From contig CAVRZA010000003.1 in assembly GCA_963725665.1 (NCBI GenBank), positions 64,001 through 128,000 on the forward strand: 64,000 bases of DNA, written 5' to 3'. The position numbers and the translations under genes were made by a program. Below the pieces are notes generated by a model. That model saw only the letters and a list, made by a program, of their open reading frames with translations. It had not been told where the DNA came from and did no database searches. Source of the stretch: an uncultured Actinomycetes bacterium. Lineage in GTDB: Bacteria; Actinomycetota; Thermoleophilia; UBA2241. Shown here piece by piece: positions 9,445 to 18,475 of this stretch; the first letter of the stretch is position 1, and each line of letters begins with the position of its first letter.

Positions 9445-10254
9445 TCACGCGATCGCCTCGGCGCGCAGCGTCTGTTCGCGCCAGCGACAGCACGGGACGG
9501 GGCACGTCGCCATACGGACCGTGTCGCAGATCTCGCAGCGCACGGCGGCGAGCGAGATGGGGAGGTCGAACAGCGAGCGCGCCTCCGAGCCGGCGAGGCC
9601 CGTCGCTGCGTGCAAGGCGGCCGAGACGGCCTTCATGTCTTCGAGACGGTCGGCGCCCTCGGGCAGGTCGACGAGACCCATGCGCACGGCCCGCTTGCGC
9701 ACGCGCCCGTCGGGCAGAAACGCGGAGCGGGCCAGGCCGTCGGCCGGCCACAGCTCGTAGCGCAGCATCTCGCGCACGGTCCAGAAGGCGCGCGACTTGA
9801 GCGTCCCCCCCGAGGCGGCGTGCAACACATCGACGACATCGACGGGATCGGCCGGTCGAGGCAGGAGCTGCGACCAGGTCTGACGGCGCTCGGCGAGGCG
9901 CACGAAGTCGATCACCTTGCCGCGGCTGTCGCTGCGCGAGACCGGCGGCGAGACGGCGAAGCGGGCGAGGTCGAAGGAGCCCTCGTAGACCTGGTCGATG
10001 AGACCGGCCGACAGGAGGCGCCGCCAATCGGCCTGCACGACGGCTTCGGGGGCCGGCTGCGCGGCGAGGGCGGCGTAGCAGAGCAGCGTGAAGAAGATGC
10101 GTCGCTGCTCGGCCACGCCGCCCTCGCCGAAGCGCCGCCGCGCGTCGTCGTCGAGCACGTCGAACGGCCGCCTCTCGGATGCCTTGTAGGCATCGACGAG
10201 GTAGGCGACGATGCTGCGCCGCTGTTCGTTGGTGAGTGGTTCGAGTGCCTCCAC
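9445..10254 (-). CDS. Hypothetical protein, possibly a divergent HhH-GPD-superfamily DNA glycosylase
   Basis: PDGRVRKRAVRMGLV resembles the PDxHVxRxxxRLGL signature; Cys-rich tail CEICDTVRMATCPVPCC. GTG at 10254 follows GGGAGG. Confidence 0.55.
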   Translation of the reverse strand: MEALEPLTNEQRRSIVAYLVDAYKASERRPFDVLDDDARRRFGEGGVAEQRRIFFTLLCYAALAAQPAPEAVVQADWRRLLSAGLIDQVYEGSFDLARFAVSPPVSRSDSRGKVIDFVRLAERRQTWSQLLPRPADPVDVVDVLHAASGGTLKSRAFWTVREMLRYELWPADGLARSAFLPDGRVRKRAVRMGLVDLPEGADRLEDMKAVSAALHAATGLAGSEARSLFDLPISLAAVRCEICDTVRMATCPVPCCRWREQTLRAEAIA

Positions 10255-10420
10255 CGCTGCCTCCCGCTCTTGTGTGGTCCAGGACACCCTCACCGTAGAC
10301 CTCGGCCGTGACCGGCGACAGATGACGAAGCGGCGGGCGGGATGACGTGGGCGGCGAGCGGCGGTACACAACACCGCCGCTCGCCGCGACCGGCGTCGGC
10401 CGACCTCGGACCGGCAACGG

Positions 10421-10449
10421 TTGACTCCAAATCAGGATGATATTAGTCT
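10421..10449 (+). promoter_or_regulatory. Sigma70-type promoter for the CoA-activase operon leader
   Basis: TTGACT-17 bp-TAGTCT in an AT-rich patch; ATCA-GGA-TGAT dyad within the spacer. Confidence 0.6.
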
Positions 10450-10456
10450 CTTTTAG

Positions 10457-10592
10457 CCGGCGGGAGCAGCCGGGCTCGATGGGCGAGTGGAGTGTCCGGA
10501 GACGACACGGCTCTCCTGAGGCGAGAGGCGTGTCCGGAACGACGCGCTTCTTTCGCGGGCGAGGCGTGGGTCTGGAGTCACACGCCTTGCCC
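10457..10592 (+). ncRNA. Structured leader or sRNA candidate with four GGA-loop hairpins
   Basis: CCGGC-GGGAGCA-GCCGG; GTGTC-CGGAGAC-GACAC; GCGTGTC-CGGAAC-GACGCGC; GGGCGAGGCGTG-(..TGGA..)-CACGCCTTGCCC. Confidence 0.4.
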
Positions 10593-10660
10593 AAAACGAC
10601 TTCGCATACTAACCTTTGTCGGTTGCGCTCACGCTCGCCGGAGGTGGATCCCAGCAGGAC

Positions 10661-13600
10661 ATGGCGTATCTCGGCATAGATATCGGCTGTATCAGCCTCA
10701 AGGCCGCGCTCGTAGGCGCTCCCGACGAGGCAGAGCTCTTCTCCCGACTCGCATCGACCTCCCCCGACCTCTTCTACACGCCCTCCACAGACGTCGCTAT
10801 GGCCGGGGACAGGCCCGTCCTGGTGAGCGCCTACCGGCGCATCAAGGGAAGTCCCAGCGAGGCGACCAGGGGCCTGCTCGACCAGCTGCTGCGCGTCTTG
10901 CCGGAGGAGGCCATCGCCGGCATCCGCGTCACCGGCTCGGGCGGCAGGCTCATCGGTCAGGCCCTGCACGCCTCGTTCGAGAACGAGTTCAAGGCCATCG
11001 CGCGGGGACTCGCGGCGCTGCATCCCGACGTCGTGACCGTCTTCGAGATGGGCGGCGAGACCTCGAAGTACATCCGCCTTGACACCGACGCCACGTCAGG
11101 ACGCGTGGGCATCGCCGACTACCAGACGAACGGCGACTGCGCCGCCGGGACGGGCTCCTTCATGGACCAGCAGGCGAGCCGGCTCCTCTACGACATCGAG
11201 GACGTCGGCGGCGTCGTGCTCGACGCGGGGAAGGCGGCGTCGATCGCCGGCCGCTGCAGCGTTTTCGCCAAGTCCGACATGATCCACGCGCAGCAGAAGG
11301 GCTATCAGCCCCCCGAGGTGCTCAAGGGCCTCTGCGACGCGGTGATCCGCAATTTCAAGGGCAGCATCACCAAGGGCAAGAGGGTCGACCCGCCCATCGC
11401 CTTCATCGGCGGCGTGGCCGCCAACGGGGGGGCCGTCCAGGCCGTGCGCGACGCCTTCGAGCTGACCGACGGACAGCTTCTCATTCCTGAGCTTTACGCC
11501 TGGATGGGCGCCGTGGGTGCGGCGCTGATCGAGGCCGACGAGGCGGCCGGAGAACACGACCGCGTGATCTTCGCTCTCGACGCTCTGCCGCCGGCCGAGT
11601 TCCCCTTCGCCGAACCGCTGGTGATGGACAAGGTGCTCTTGTTGCGCGATCTGGCCAAGCCCTACGAGCTGCCCGACGAGGGCGTCATCGACGTGTACCT
11701 CGGCATCGACGTCGGCTCTGTCTCCACCAACCTGGTCGTCGCCGACCAGCACGGCGAGGTCATCAAGGCCATCTACACGAAGACCGACGCGCGGCCCGTC
11801 GAGGTCGTCAACAAGGGGCTGGCCGAGATCCGCGACGAGCTCGGCGACCGCATCCGCGTGGTCGGCGCCGGCACGACGGGCTCGGGGCGGGAGCTCATCG
11901 GCGAGCTCTGCGGCGCCGATCTGATCACCGACGAGATCACCGCGCACAAGACGGGCGCCAACCACGTCGCCGCGCAGATCGGGCGCCAAGTCGACACGAT
12001 CTTCGAGATCGGCGGGCAGGACTCCAAGTTCATCAGCCTGCAGGACGGCATCGTCGTCGACTTCGCCATGAACGAAGCCTGCGCCGCCGGTACGGGGTCG
12101 TTCCTCGAGGAGCAAGCCGAGAAGCTCGACATCAACATCATCGGCGAGTTCGCCGAGATGGCTCTCGCCTCGACGAGCCCCATCCGCCTCGGAGAGCGCT
12201 GCACGGTCTTCATGGAGCGCGACGTGATGAGCTACAAGATGCGCGGCGCGGCCAAGGAGGACCTCGTCGGCGGTCTCGCTTACTCGATCGCTTACAACTA
12301 CCTGAACCGCCTCGTGCGCGAGCGCAAGATCGGCGACTGCATCTTCTTCCAGGGCGGCACCGCCTACAACGACTCGGTGGCCGCGGCCTTCTCGATGATC
12401 CTCGGCAAGGAGATCATCGTGCCGCCCCACAACGGGGTGATCGGTGCGATCGGGATGGCCCTCCTGGCTCGCGAGCGCATGCAGCGCACGCACGAGCTGA
12501 CGAAGTTCCGCGGCTGGGACCTCGAGGCCGTCGACTACACGGTGAAGGACTTCGTCTGCAAGGGCTGCACCAACGAGTGCGACGTGCGCCAGTTCACCAT
12601 CGAGGGCGAGAAGACCTACTGGGGCGACAAGTGTTCCGACCGTTACCGCAAGCGCGTCAAGGTCGACAAGGAGCCGGTGATCGCGGACCTCATCGCCTTG
12701 CGCGAGGAGGCCATGTTCGAGTACTACCAGCGGGCGGCCGAGCGCAGCGAGGCCGCGCAGAAGACGGTGGGACTGTCGCGCGCGATGTACACGTTCGACC
12801 GCCTGCCCTTCTGGGCGACGTTCTTCGCCGAGCTCGGGTTCAAGCCGCTCCTCTCACCCGAGACCGACCGCGTGATCAGAGAACGTGGGGTCGACGCCAC
12901 CGTCGCCGAGCCCTGCTTCCCGATCCGCGTCGCCCACGGCCACGTCGAAGTGCTCGGCGAGGCCGGCGTCGACCACATCTTCCTGCCCAACCAGGTCAAC
13001 GAGGAGACCGAGTTCCCCGAGGTCAACTCGCACGCCTGCCCGTGGGGTCAGACGCTGCCCTTCGTCGTGCGCGCCGCGCCTCGTGTCGAGCAGTACCGCG
13101 ACCGCATCCTCAGCCCCCTGGTGCGCTTCCGCGACGGTATCGACGGGCTCGTGAGGGACTTCGCGCCGACGGCCAAGGAGCTGGGCGTCCCGAGCCGGGC
13201 CGTGCGCCCGGCGTTCGAGCGCGCCGCCGCCGTGCAGGACGAGTTCCGGCGCCGGCTGCTCGACGCCGGCACCGAGGCGCTGGTCGCCCTCAAGGAGAGC
13301 GGCGATCTGGGCATCGTGCTCATAGGACGCCCGTACAACATGTACGACAAGGGCATCAACATGGACATCCCGCGCAAGCTGCGCAAGTTCTACGGCGTCA
13401 ACGTGATCCCCCTCGACTTCCTGCCGCTGAGCGGCATCGACATTCGTGGCGTGGTGCCCAACATGTTCTGGAACTACGGGCGCAAGATCCTCCAGGCGGC
13501 CAGCTTCGTCGCCCGTCACGACAAGCTGCACATCATCTACCTGACGAACTTCAAGTGCGGGCCCGACTCCTACATCAAGCACTACGTGCGCACGGCCTCG

Positions 13601-13807
13601 GGCAAGCCCTTCCTCTCACTGCAGTTCGACGAGCACCAGAACGACGCCGGGGCCATGACGCGCTGTGAGGCCTACCTCGACAGCAAGGGCTTCCTGCGCT
13701 GGTGGTCACAGCCCGAAGAGGAGCTCTCCGCCGCCGAGGCCGATGCGGCATACGTCGGCGGCAGCGAGTCGCGCCGCAGCGACGAGTTGAGCGAGCGTCT
13801 CGTCTAG
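10661..13807 (+). CDS. CoA-substrate-specific enzyme activase (two BcrAD/BadFG ATPase domains plus DUF2229)
   Basis: Two LGID(I/V)G, (M/I)GG(ET/QD)SK, CAAGTGSF and RC(S/T)VF repeats; CKGCTNEC; EPCFP, GRPYN, NFKCGPDS, TRCEAY. Confidence 0.92.
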   Translation: MAYLGIDIGCISLKAALVGAPDEAELFSRLASTSPDLFYTPSTDVAMAGDRPVLVSAYRRIKGSPSEATRGLLDQLLRVLPEEAIAGIRVTGSGGRLIGQALHASFENEFKAIARGLAALHPDVVTVFEMGGETSKYIRLDTDATSGRVGIADYQTNGDCAAGTGSFMDQQASRLLYDIEDVGGVVLDAGKAASIAGRCSVFAKSDMIHAQQKGYQPPEVLKGLCDAVIRNFKGSITKGKRVDPPIAFIGGVAANGGAVQAVRDAFELTDGQLLIPELYAWMGAVGAALIEADEAAGEHDRVIFALDALPPAEFPFAEPLVMDKVLLLRDLAKPYELPDEGVIDVYLGIDVGSVSTNLVVADQHGEVIKAIYTKTDARPVEVVNKGLAEIRDELGDRIRVVGAGTTGSGRELIGELCGADLITDEITAHKTGANHVAAQIGRQVDTIFEIGGQDSKFISLQDGIVVDFAMNEACAAGTGSFLEEQAEKLDINIIGEFAEMALASTSPIRLGERCTVFMERDVMSYKMRGAAKEDLVGGLAYSIAYNYLNRLVRERKIGDCIFFQGGTAYNDSVAAAFSMILGKEIIVPPHNGVIGAIGMALLARERMQRTHELTKFRGWDLEAVDYTVKDFVCKGCTNECDVRQFTIEGEKTYWGDKCSDRYRKRVKVDKEPVIADLIALREEAMFEYYQRAAERSEAAQKTVGLSRAMYTFDRLPFWATFFAELGFKPLLSPETDRVIRERGVDATVAEPCFPIRVAHGHVEVLGEAGVDHIFLPNQVNEETEFPEVNSHACPWGQTLPFVVRAAPRVEQYRDRILSPLVRFRDGIDGLVRDFAPTAKELGVPSRAVRPAFERAAAVQDEFRRRLLDAGTEALVALKESGDLGIVLIGRPYNMYDKGINMDIPRKLRKFYGVNVIPLDFLPLSGIDIRGVVPNMFWNYGRKILQAASFVARHDKLHIIYLTNFKCGPDSYIKHYVRTASGKPFLSLQFDEHQNDAGAMTRCEAYLDSKGFLRWWSQPEEELSAAEADAAYVGGSESRRSDELSERLV

Positions 13808-15178
13808 ATGGGGACGGAGATGGCGACGGGCGGCAACGGCAAGAGCAGACACGCGAGTGGCGACGAGCGCCTGCAGCAGGTCGTTGCTCAGTTCGGCCTC
13901 GAGGGGCGCACACTCTACCTGCCGCAGATGCCCTACGGCGGCAGCGTCCTGCTGGCGGCGGCCATTAGGTCGATCGGCGTCGAGGCGCGCGTGACCCCCG
14001 ACTCCACCGATCACTCGCAGGAGCTGGGCGGCAAGGTGACCTCGGGCGACGAGTGCTACCCGCAGAAGATCACCGTCGGTGACTTCCTCGGCCTGCTCGA
14101 GACGGGCGACCGCGACAAGATCGCCTTCCTCATGCCGACGGCCAACGGACCGTGCCGTTTCGGCCAGTACATGCACCTCATCAGGCGCACGCTCGACGAC
14201 CTGGGCTACGACGACGTGCCCGTGATCACCATCACCTCCAACGACGGCTACTCGTCGATCGGGCAGTACTCGCGCGACCTTATCCGCACCGCGTGGCGAG
14301 CCGTCGTGGCGCAGGACATCCTCATGAAGCTGTTGCTCAAGACGCGGCCCTACGAGGTCAAGAAGGGCGTGACCGACGCGGTCTACCACGCGAGCCTCGC
14401 CGACGTCGACGCCGCCCTCGAGCTGCAGGACGTCTCGCACAAGGAACGCCTGGCGGCCATCCTCGCCGCGCTCGAACGGTCGCGTGAGCGCTTCCGCGCC
14501 CTCGACATCGACTTCGACGCCTCGCGCCCGCTCATCGGCATCGTGGGCGAGATCTTCTGCCGCCTCAACACCTTCGCCAACGCCGATCTGATCAGGCTGA
14601 TCGAGGAGCACGGTGGCGAGTGCTGGCTCTCCGACGTTTCGGAGTGGGTGTGGTACGTCGACGACGAGCACAAGCGGCGCCTGGTCAAGGAGCATCGCGT
14701 GCTCACCGGTGAGAGCCTGGGGCGCTGGATCAGGGCCTCGGTGCAGCGCTCCGACGAGCTCGCGCTCCTAGCGCCCTTCGCCGAGGAGTTCGTGGGCTAC
14801 GAGGAGGCGCACGACGTGCGCGAGGTCCTGGAGCTGAGCCACCCCTACCTGCCGTACACGGGAGCGCTCGGCGAGATGGTGCTGAGCACGGGCAAGAGCG
14901 TCTACCTGTACCGCAAGGGCGCCGACGGGATCATCGACATCAGCCCCTTTACCTGCATGAACGGCATCGTGACCGAGGCCATCTATCCCCTCGTGCAGCG
15001 CGACTGCGACGACATCCCCATCCGCACCTTCTACTTCGACGGCACCCAGAGCGACCTCGAGCGCGACATCGGTATCTTCCTCGAGCTCGCCAAGACCTAT
15101 CAGCGGCGCAAGAAGACCGTGCGCCGGTTCCCGGCCACGTTAGCGGCAGCAGCCGGCGACGTGCCGGCCGCCGTCTGA
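13808..15178 (+). CDS. CoA-activase partner (2-hydroxyacyl-CoA dehydratase-like subunit)
   Basis: SGDECYP, GPCRFGQY, IGIVGEIF, GEMVL, PFTCMNG; starts directly after the activase stop. Confidence 0.85.
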   Translation: MGTEMATGGNGKSRHASGDERLQQVVAQFGLEGRTLYLPQMPYGGSVLLAAAIRSIGVEARVTPDSTDHSQELGGKVTSGDECYPQKITVGDFLGLLETGDRDKIAFLMPTANGPCRFGQYMHLIRRTLDDLGYDDVPVITITSNDGYSSIGQYSRDLIRTAWRAVVAQDILMKLLLKTRPYEVKKGVTDAVYHASLADVDAALELQDVSHKERLAAILAALERSRERFRALDIDFDASRPLIGIVGEIFCRLNTFANADLIRLIEEHGGECWLSDVSEWVWYVDDEHKRRLVKEHRVLTGESLGRWIRASVQRSDELALLAPFAEEFVGYEEAHDVREVLELSHPYLPYTGALGEMVLSTGKSVYLYRKGADGIIDISPFTCMNGIVTEAIYPLVQRDCDDIPIRTFYFDGTQSDLERDIGIFLELAKTYQRRKKTVRRFPATLAAAAGDVPAAV

Positions 15179-15238
15179 AGTCCGGTCACACGCGTTCGGC
15201 ACGCGCCGGTGCGCATACTCGAGCAGGAGGGGGAGCCA

Positions 15239-15559
15239 GTGGGCACAGAGCAGCCGGTCGTTGCCGACCTCGAGGCGATGGTGCAGATCGCCGACAGCGG
15301 CATCGTCAGCAAGAGCATCGTCGAGAACGAGCACCACAAGATCATCCTCTTCTGCCTGGCCAAGGGTCAGGAGCTCTCGGAGCACACGGCCAGTGTGCCG
15401 GCGATGATCCACGTGCTTCGTGGCAGGGGCACCGTGAAGCTCGGCGACACAGTCTATGAGGGGCGGCCCGGAAAGCTGCACTACATGCCGGCCGAGATGA
15501 AACACGCCGTAGTGGCCGAGGACGAGCTGGTCTTCCTGCTCATCATGTTCCGCACCTGA
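15239..15559 (+). CDS. Cupin domain protein
   Basis: GQELSEHTA...GRG...MPAEMKHAV; GTG after AGGAGG. Confidence 0.85.
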   Translation: MGTEQPVVADLEAMVQIADSGIVSKSIVENEHHKIILFCLAKGQELSEHTASVPAMIHVLRGRGTVKLGDTVYEGRPGKLHYMPAEMKHAVVAEDELVFLLIMFRT

Positions 15560-15651
15560 TCTCGCTCGAGAAGACTTCTGAGCACCTTCGGCTGAGCCTC
15601 CCGGCTCGGCAGCATCTTGGCAGCGGCACGTGTCGATCCGCCCGGCGCGGT

Positions 15652-15683
15652 TGAGTACATCTGTACTCAGAGTGGAGTACAAT
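15652..15683 (+). promoter_or_regulatory. Perfect inverted-repeat operator and -10 box for the MNT-HEPN pair
   Basis: TGAGTACA-TC-TGTACTCA (15652-15669); a third half-site GAGTACA (15675-15681) overlaps TACAAT (15678-15683). Confidence 0.65.
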
Positions 15684-15721
15684 CGACCTCTGGTCACCGG
15701 TGTCGCACAGAGGTGGTCGCT

Positions 15722-16345
15722 GTGGCGGACCTGCTGGGCGGTCTCTTCCGCTCGCGGACGAGGACCCGCATCCTCGCCCTGCTCTTCGCCGACCCCGAGC
15801 GCGAGTGGCACGTGCGCGGCTTGGCGCGGGAGGTCGGCGACTCCGCAGGCAATGTGCGCCGCGAGCTGCTGCGGCTGGTCGGGGCCGGCTATCTGCGGCG
15901 TCGCGCGCAGGCGAACCTCGTCCTCTACAAGCTCGACCAGTCGCATCCGCTCTACCCTGAGCTCCGTGCGCTCGTGCTGAAGACCGTGGGCGCCGAGAAG
16001 CTTGTCGGCGAGGCGCTCGCCGGCGTCGCCGGCGTGCGCCTCGCCTTCCTCTACGGGTCTTTCGCCGCGGCGAGCGAGCGTCCGGGCAGCGACATCGACG
16101 TGATGGTCGTGGGACGACCGGCGGCGCGCGACGTGCACCGGGCGCTGCGGCCGGTCGAGGACGCACTGCGCCGCGAGGTCAACTACGTGGTGCTCGACGA
16201 GGACGAGCTCGCGCGGCGGTGGCGAGACAACGACGGCTTCCTGCGCGACGTCCTCGCCGGGCCGGTGCGGGTAGTCGTCGGGAGCGCAGACGAGCTTGCG
16301 CTGCTGACCCGCGGGGGTGGCGCGCGAGAGCGAGCCGACGCGTGA
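15722..16345 (+). CDS. Winged HTH plus minimal nucleotidyltransferase (MNT antitoxin-like)
   Basis: LFRSRTRTRILALLF...VRRELLRL (wHTH); AFLYGSFA...SDIDVMVVG; LRREVN. Confidence 0.88.
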   Translation: MADLLGGLFRSRTRTRILALLFADPEREWHVRGLAREVGDSAGNVRRELLRLVGAGYLRRRAQANLVLYKLDQSHPLYPELRALVLKTVGAEKLVGEALAGVAGVRLAFLYGSFAAASERPGSDIDVMVVGRPAARDVHRALRPVEDALRREVNYVVLDEDELARRWRDNDGFLRDVLAGPVRVVVGSADELALLTRGGGARERADA

Positions 16346-16902
16346 GCGGGCGCGGCTTTCAACGCCTGCTGCACTCGGGTCTCGTGCGTCCGTACAAGGG
16401 CGGGCGCGAGCAGGCGCCGCGCCAGCTGGCGCTCGCCTTGCGCGACCTCTCGTCGGCGCGGCGCCTGCTCGCCGAAGACCGCGACTGGGCTTTTGCCATC
16501 GCCTACAACGCCGTCCTGCAGGGCGGCCGCGCGCTCATGCTGCGCGAGGGCTACCGGCCGACCACCGGCGAGGGTGGCCACGTGGCGGTGATCCGCTTCT
16601 GTGAGGAGTTCTTCGGCGCACGGTATCAGGAGGAGATGGAGCTCTTCGACCGCATGCGGGTGCGCCGCAACAGGGTCGTCTACGACGTGTCGGGGTCGAT
16701 CTCGCGCCTCGAGGCCGACGAGGCGTTCACCTTCGCCGAGGAGTTCGTGGCGCGCGTGCAGGAACTCGTCGGCAAGCCCGCCCAAGCGGGCCCCCCGGCG
16801 TCGTCCCCGGTGCCGTCCGCGCCGCCGGAGCCGTCGTCGACGGAGCCGCCATTGACGGAGCCGCCGGCGCCAGCCACCGACGCGGACGGCGCCCCAGTCT
16901 AG
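16342..16902 (+). CDS. HEPN domain protein
   Basis: AYNAVLQGGRALM...GY...GH...FDRMRVRRNRVVYD...AEEFV. Its GTG overlaps the MNT stop (GTGA). Pro-rich tail. Confidence 0.85.
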   Translation: MSGRGFQRLLHSGLVRPYKGGREQAPRQLALALRDLSSARRLLAEDRDWAFAIAYNAVLQGGRALMLREGYRPTTGEGGHVAVIRFCEEFFGARYQEEMELFDRMRVRRNRVVYDVSGSISRLEADEAFTFAEEFVARVQELVGKPAQAGPPASSPVPSAPPEPSSTEPPLTEPPAPATDADGAPV

Positions 16903-17369
16903 CGCGCCACGGGCAGTCGCACCTCGGTGACGTACTCACCGGGGTCGCCGGTGCTCTCCGGACCCTTGAGGAAGATCTCCGTCGCCGGTCCCGCGACGGC
17001 GTAGCCGATCGTGTTCAGCTCCTCGCCGATGGCCTCGTAGCTCAGGTGGACCGTGTCGTAGGGCCCGCGGTGCTCGGTCACCATCGCCTGATGGGCGGGG
17101 ATGATGTCCGTGCGCGCCTCGCCGATCGTGTCGGGCACCGACCCGTCGGCCCCCGGCGCGATAGGCACGCAGACCTCGTATTCCGTCTTCTGGGGATCGA
17201 ACTCCGCGTCGAAGAAGCGCGCCATCGGCGGACCCGTGGGGGCGACGCCGGCGGCGTCGAGGGCGCCGTAGAGGCGAATCATGAGGTCGCGGAGGCCCGA
17301 GATAGGCCCCGTCGTGTGCAGGTAGGCGATGTACTGCTCGGGGATCATGACCATGTCAACGTCGTACAC
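16899..17369 (-). CDS. GyrI-like small-molecule-binding protein
   Basis: GPPMARF...EVCVPI...HRGPYD...EIFLKGP...YVTEVRLPV; GTG after GAGGAG. Confidence 0.88.
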   Translation of the reverse strand: MYDVDMVMIPEQYIAYLHTTGPISGLRDLMIRLYGALDAAGVAPTGPPMARFFDAEFDPQKTEYEVCVPIAPGADGSVPDTIGEARTDIIPAHQAMVTEHRGPYDTVHLSYEAIGEELNTIGYAVAGPATEIFLKGPESTGDPGEYVTEVRLPVAR

Positions 17370-17534
17370 GCTGTCTCCTCTCTCGCGAGCGTTGCTGCAG
17401 TGGTCGCAATCATCCTCGAAGGCGGTGGCCGCAGGCAATGTTGTGCTTGCGCAGGCCAAACACTTGAGCGAATGCTTTGGTGTGGATTCTGGACTGAAGT
17501 AGCCCCGGCGTATTCCATAGTAGCCCGAAGGGAG

Positions 17535-18362
17535 TCAGGCGAGGCGGACGAGCTCGTCGTCGCAGACGACGAGCTCGTCCGCCTCCAGCAGTCTGACGAT
17601 CTCGTCGGCGTCCTCGCGTGGCAGGTCGAGGAGTCCAGGCAGCTCGTCACGCCTGCGCGGGCTCACGTTCAGGAGGAGCCTCACGAGGCGCGAGCGGTAC
17701 GAGCGCCGCGAGCCCTCGAAGGGACTCTGTGTCGTCAATGGGGCGATACCGGTTGCGCGCGAGGTCAGCACGAGGGCGCCGTAGTCCATGAGCGCGTTGT
17801 GCCAGTCGCGCGAGCGCCCGCGCGGCAGCACGACGTCAGCGACGCGCTGCAGCTCGGTAGCCGGTAGTTCGTGAGGCAGGCGCAGCTCGTGCAGGAGCAC
17901 GCGTCGGATGTTGGCGTCGACCGCCGCGAGGTCGGCGTTGTGGGCGAAGATGAGGACGGCGCGGGCGGTGTATGGTCCGACGCCCGGCAGGCTGACAAGC
18001 TTCTCAAGAGTGTCGGGGAGTGCGGGCGGGTGGCCGAGGCGGCCGTCGCGTGTTCGCGCGACGGCCGCCTCGGCCACCTTCTTCAGTCTCACGGCCCGGT
18101 TGTTGTAGCCGAGACCCGACCAGAGCGCGAGTACGTCGGCCAGCGGCGCTTGCGCCAGCGCGCTGAGGTCGGGGAATCGCGCCAGGAACTCACCATACTT
18201 GGGTACGACGCGGGACACCTGCGTCTGCTGCAGCATGACTTCGGAGACCAGGATGGCGTAGGGGTCGTGCGCGCGCCGCCAGGGCAGGTCGCGCCTGTTC
18301 GCCGCATACCAGCCCAGCAGTCGCTCGCGCAGGTCGTCGACGAGGCGTTCGTTGAGATTCAC
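17535..18362 (-). CDS. mutY: A/G-specific adenine glycosylase, short MutY-like form lacking Fe-S cysteines
   Basis: RDLPWR, PYAILVSEVMLQQTQV, WSGLGY, LPGVGPYTA, VDANIRRVL, ALMDYGA; no CX6CX2CX5C motif. Confidence 0.8.
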   Translation of the reverse strand: MNLNERLVDDLRERLLGWYAANRRDLPWRRAHDPYAILVSEVMLQQTQVSRVVPKYGEFLARFPDLSALAQAPLADVLALWSGLGYNNRAVRLKKVAEAAVARTRDGRLGHPPALPDTLEKLVSLPGVGPYTARAVLIFAHNADLAAVDANIRRVLLHELRLPHELPATELQRVADVVLPRGRSRDWHNALMDYGALVLTSRATGIAPLTTQSPFEGSRRSYRSRLVRLLLNVSPRRRDELPGLLDLPREDADEIVRLLEADELVVCDDELVRLA

Positions 18363-18475
18363 GGGCACTAGGCTACCATCGCCGCGTCAGCGCCCGGGTA
18401 CAATCAGAGGACGGCTGAGCACGTCGGCAGTCAGGCAGCGCGACTCGGGGAGGTGGGCGGCGCCGGAGTCTGGAG

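Noticed and set aside
17370-17534. Lower-GC intergenic stretch with a weak CCAAA...TTTGG hairpin upstream of the GyrI-like gene
   Set aside because: Consistent with an ordinary promoter and leader; no recognisable RNA motif or credible ORF.
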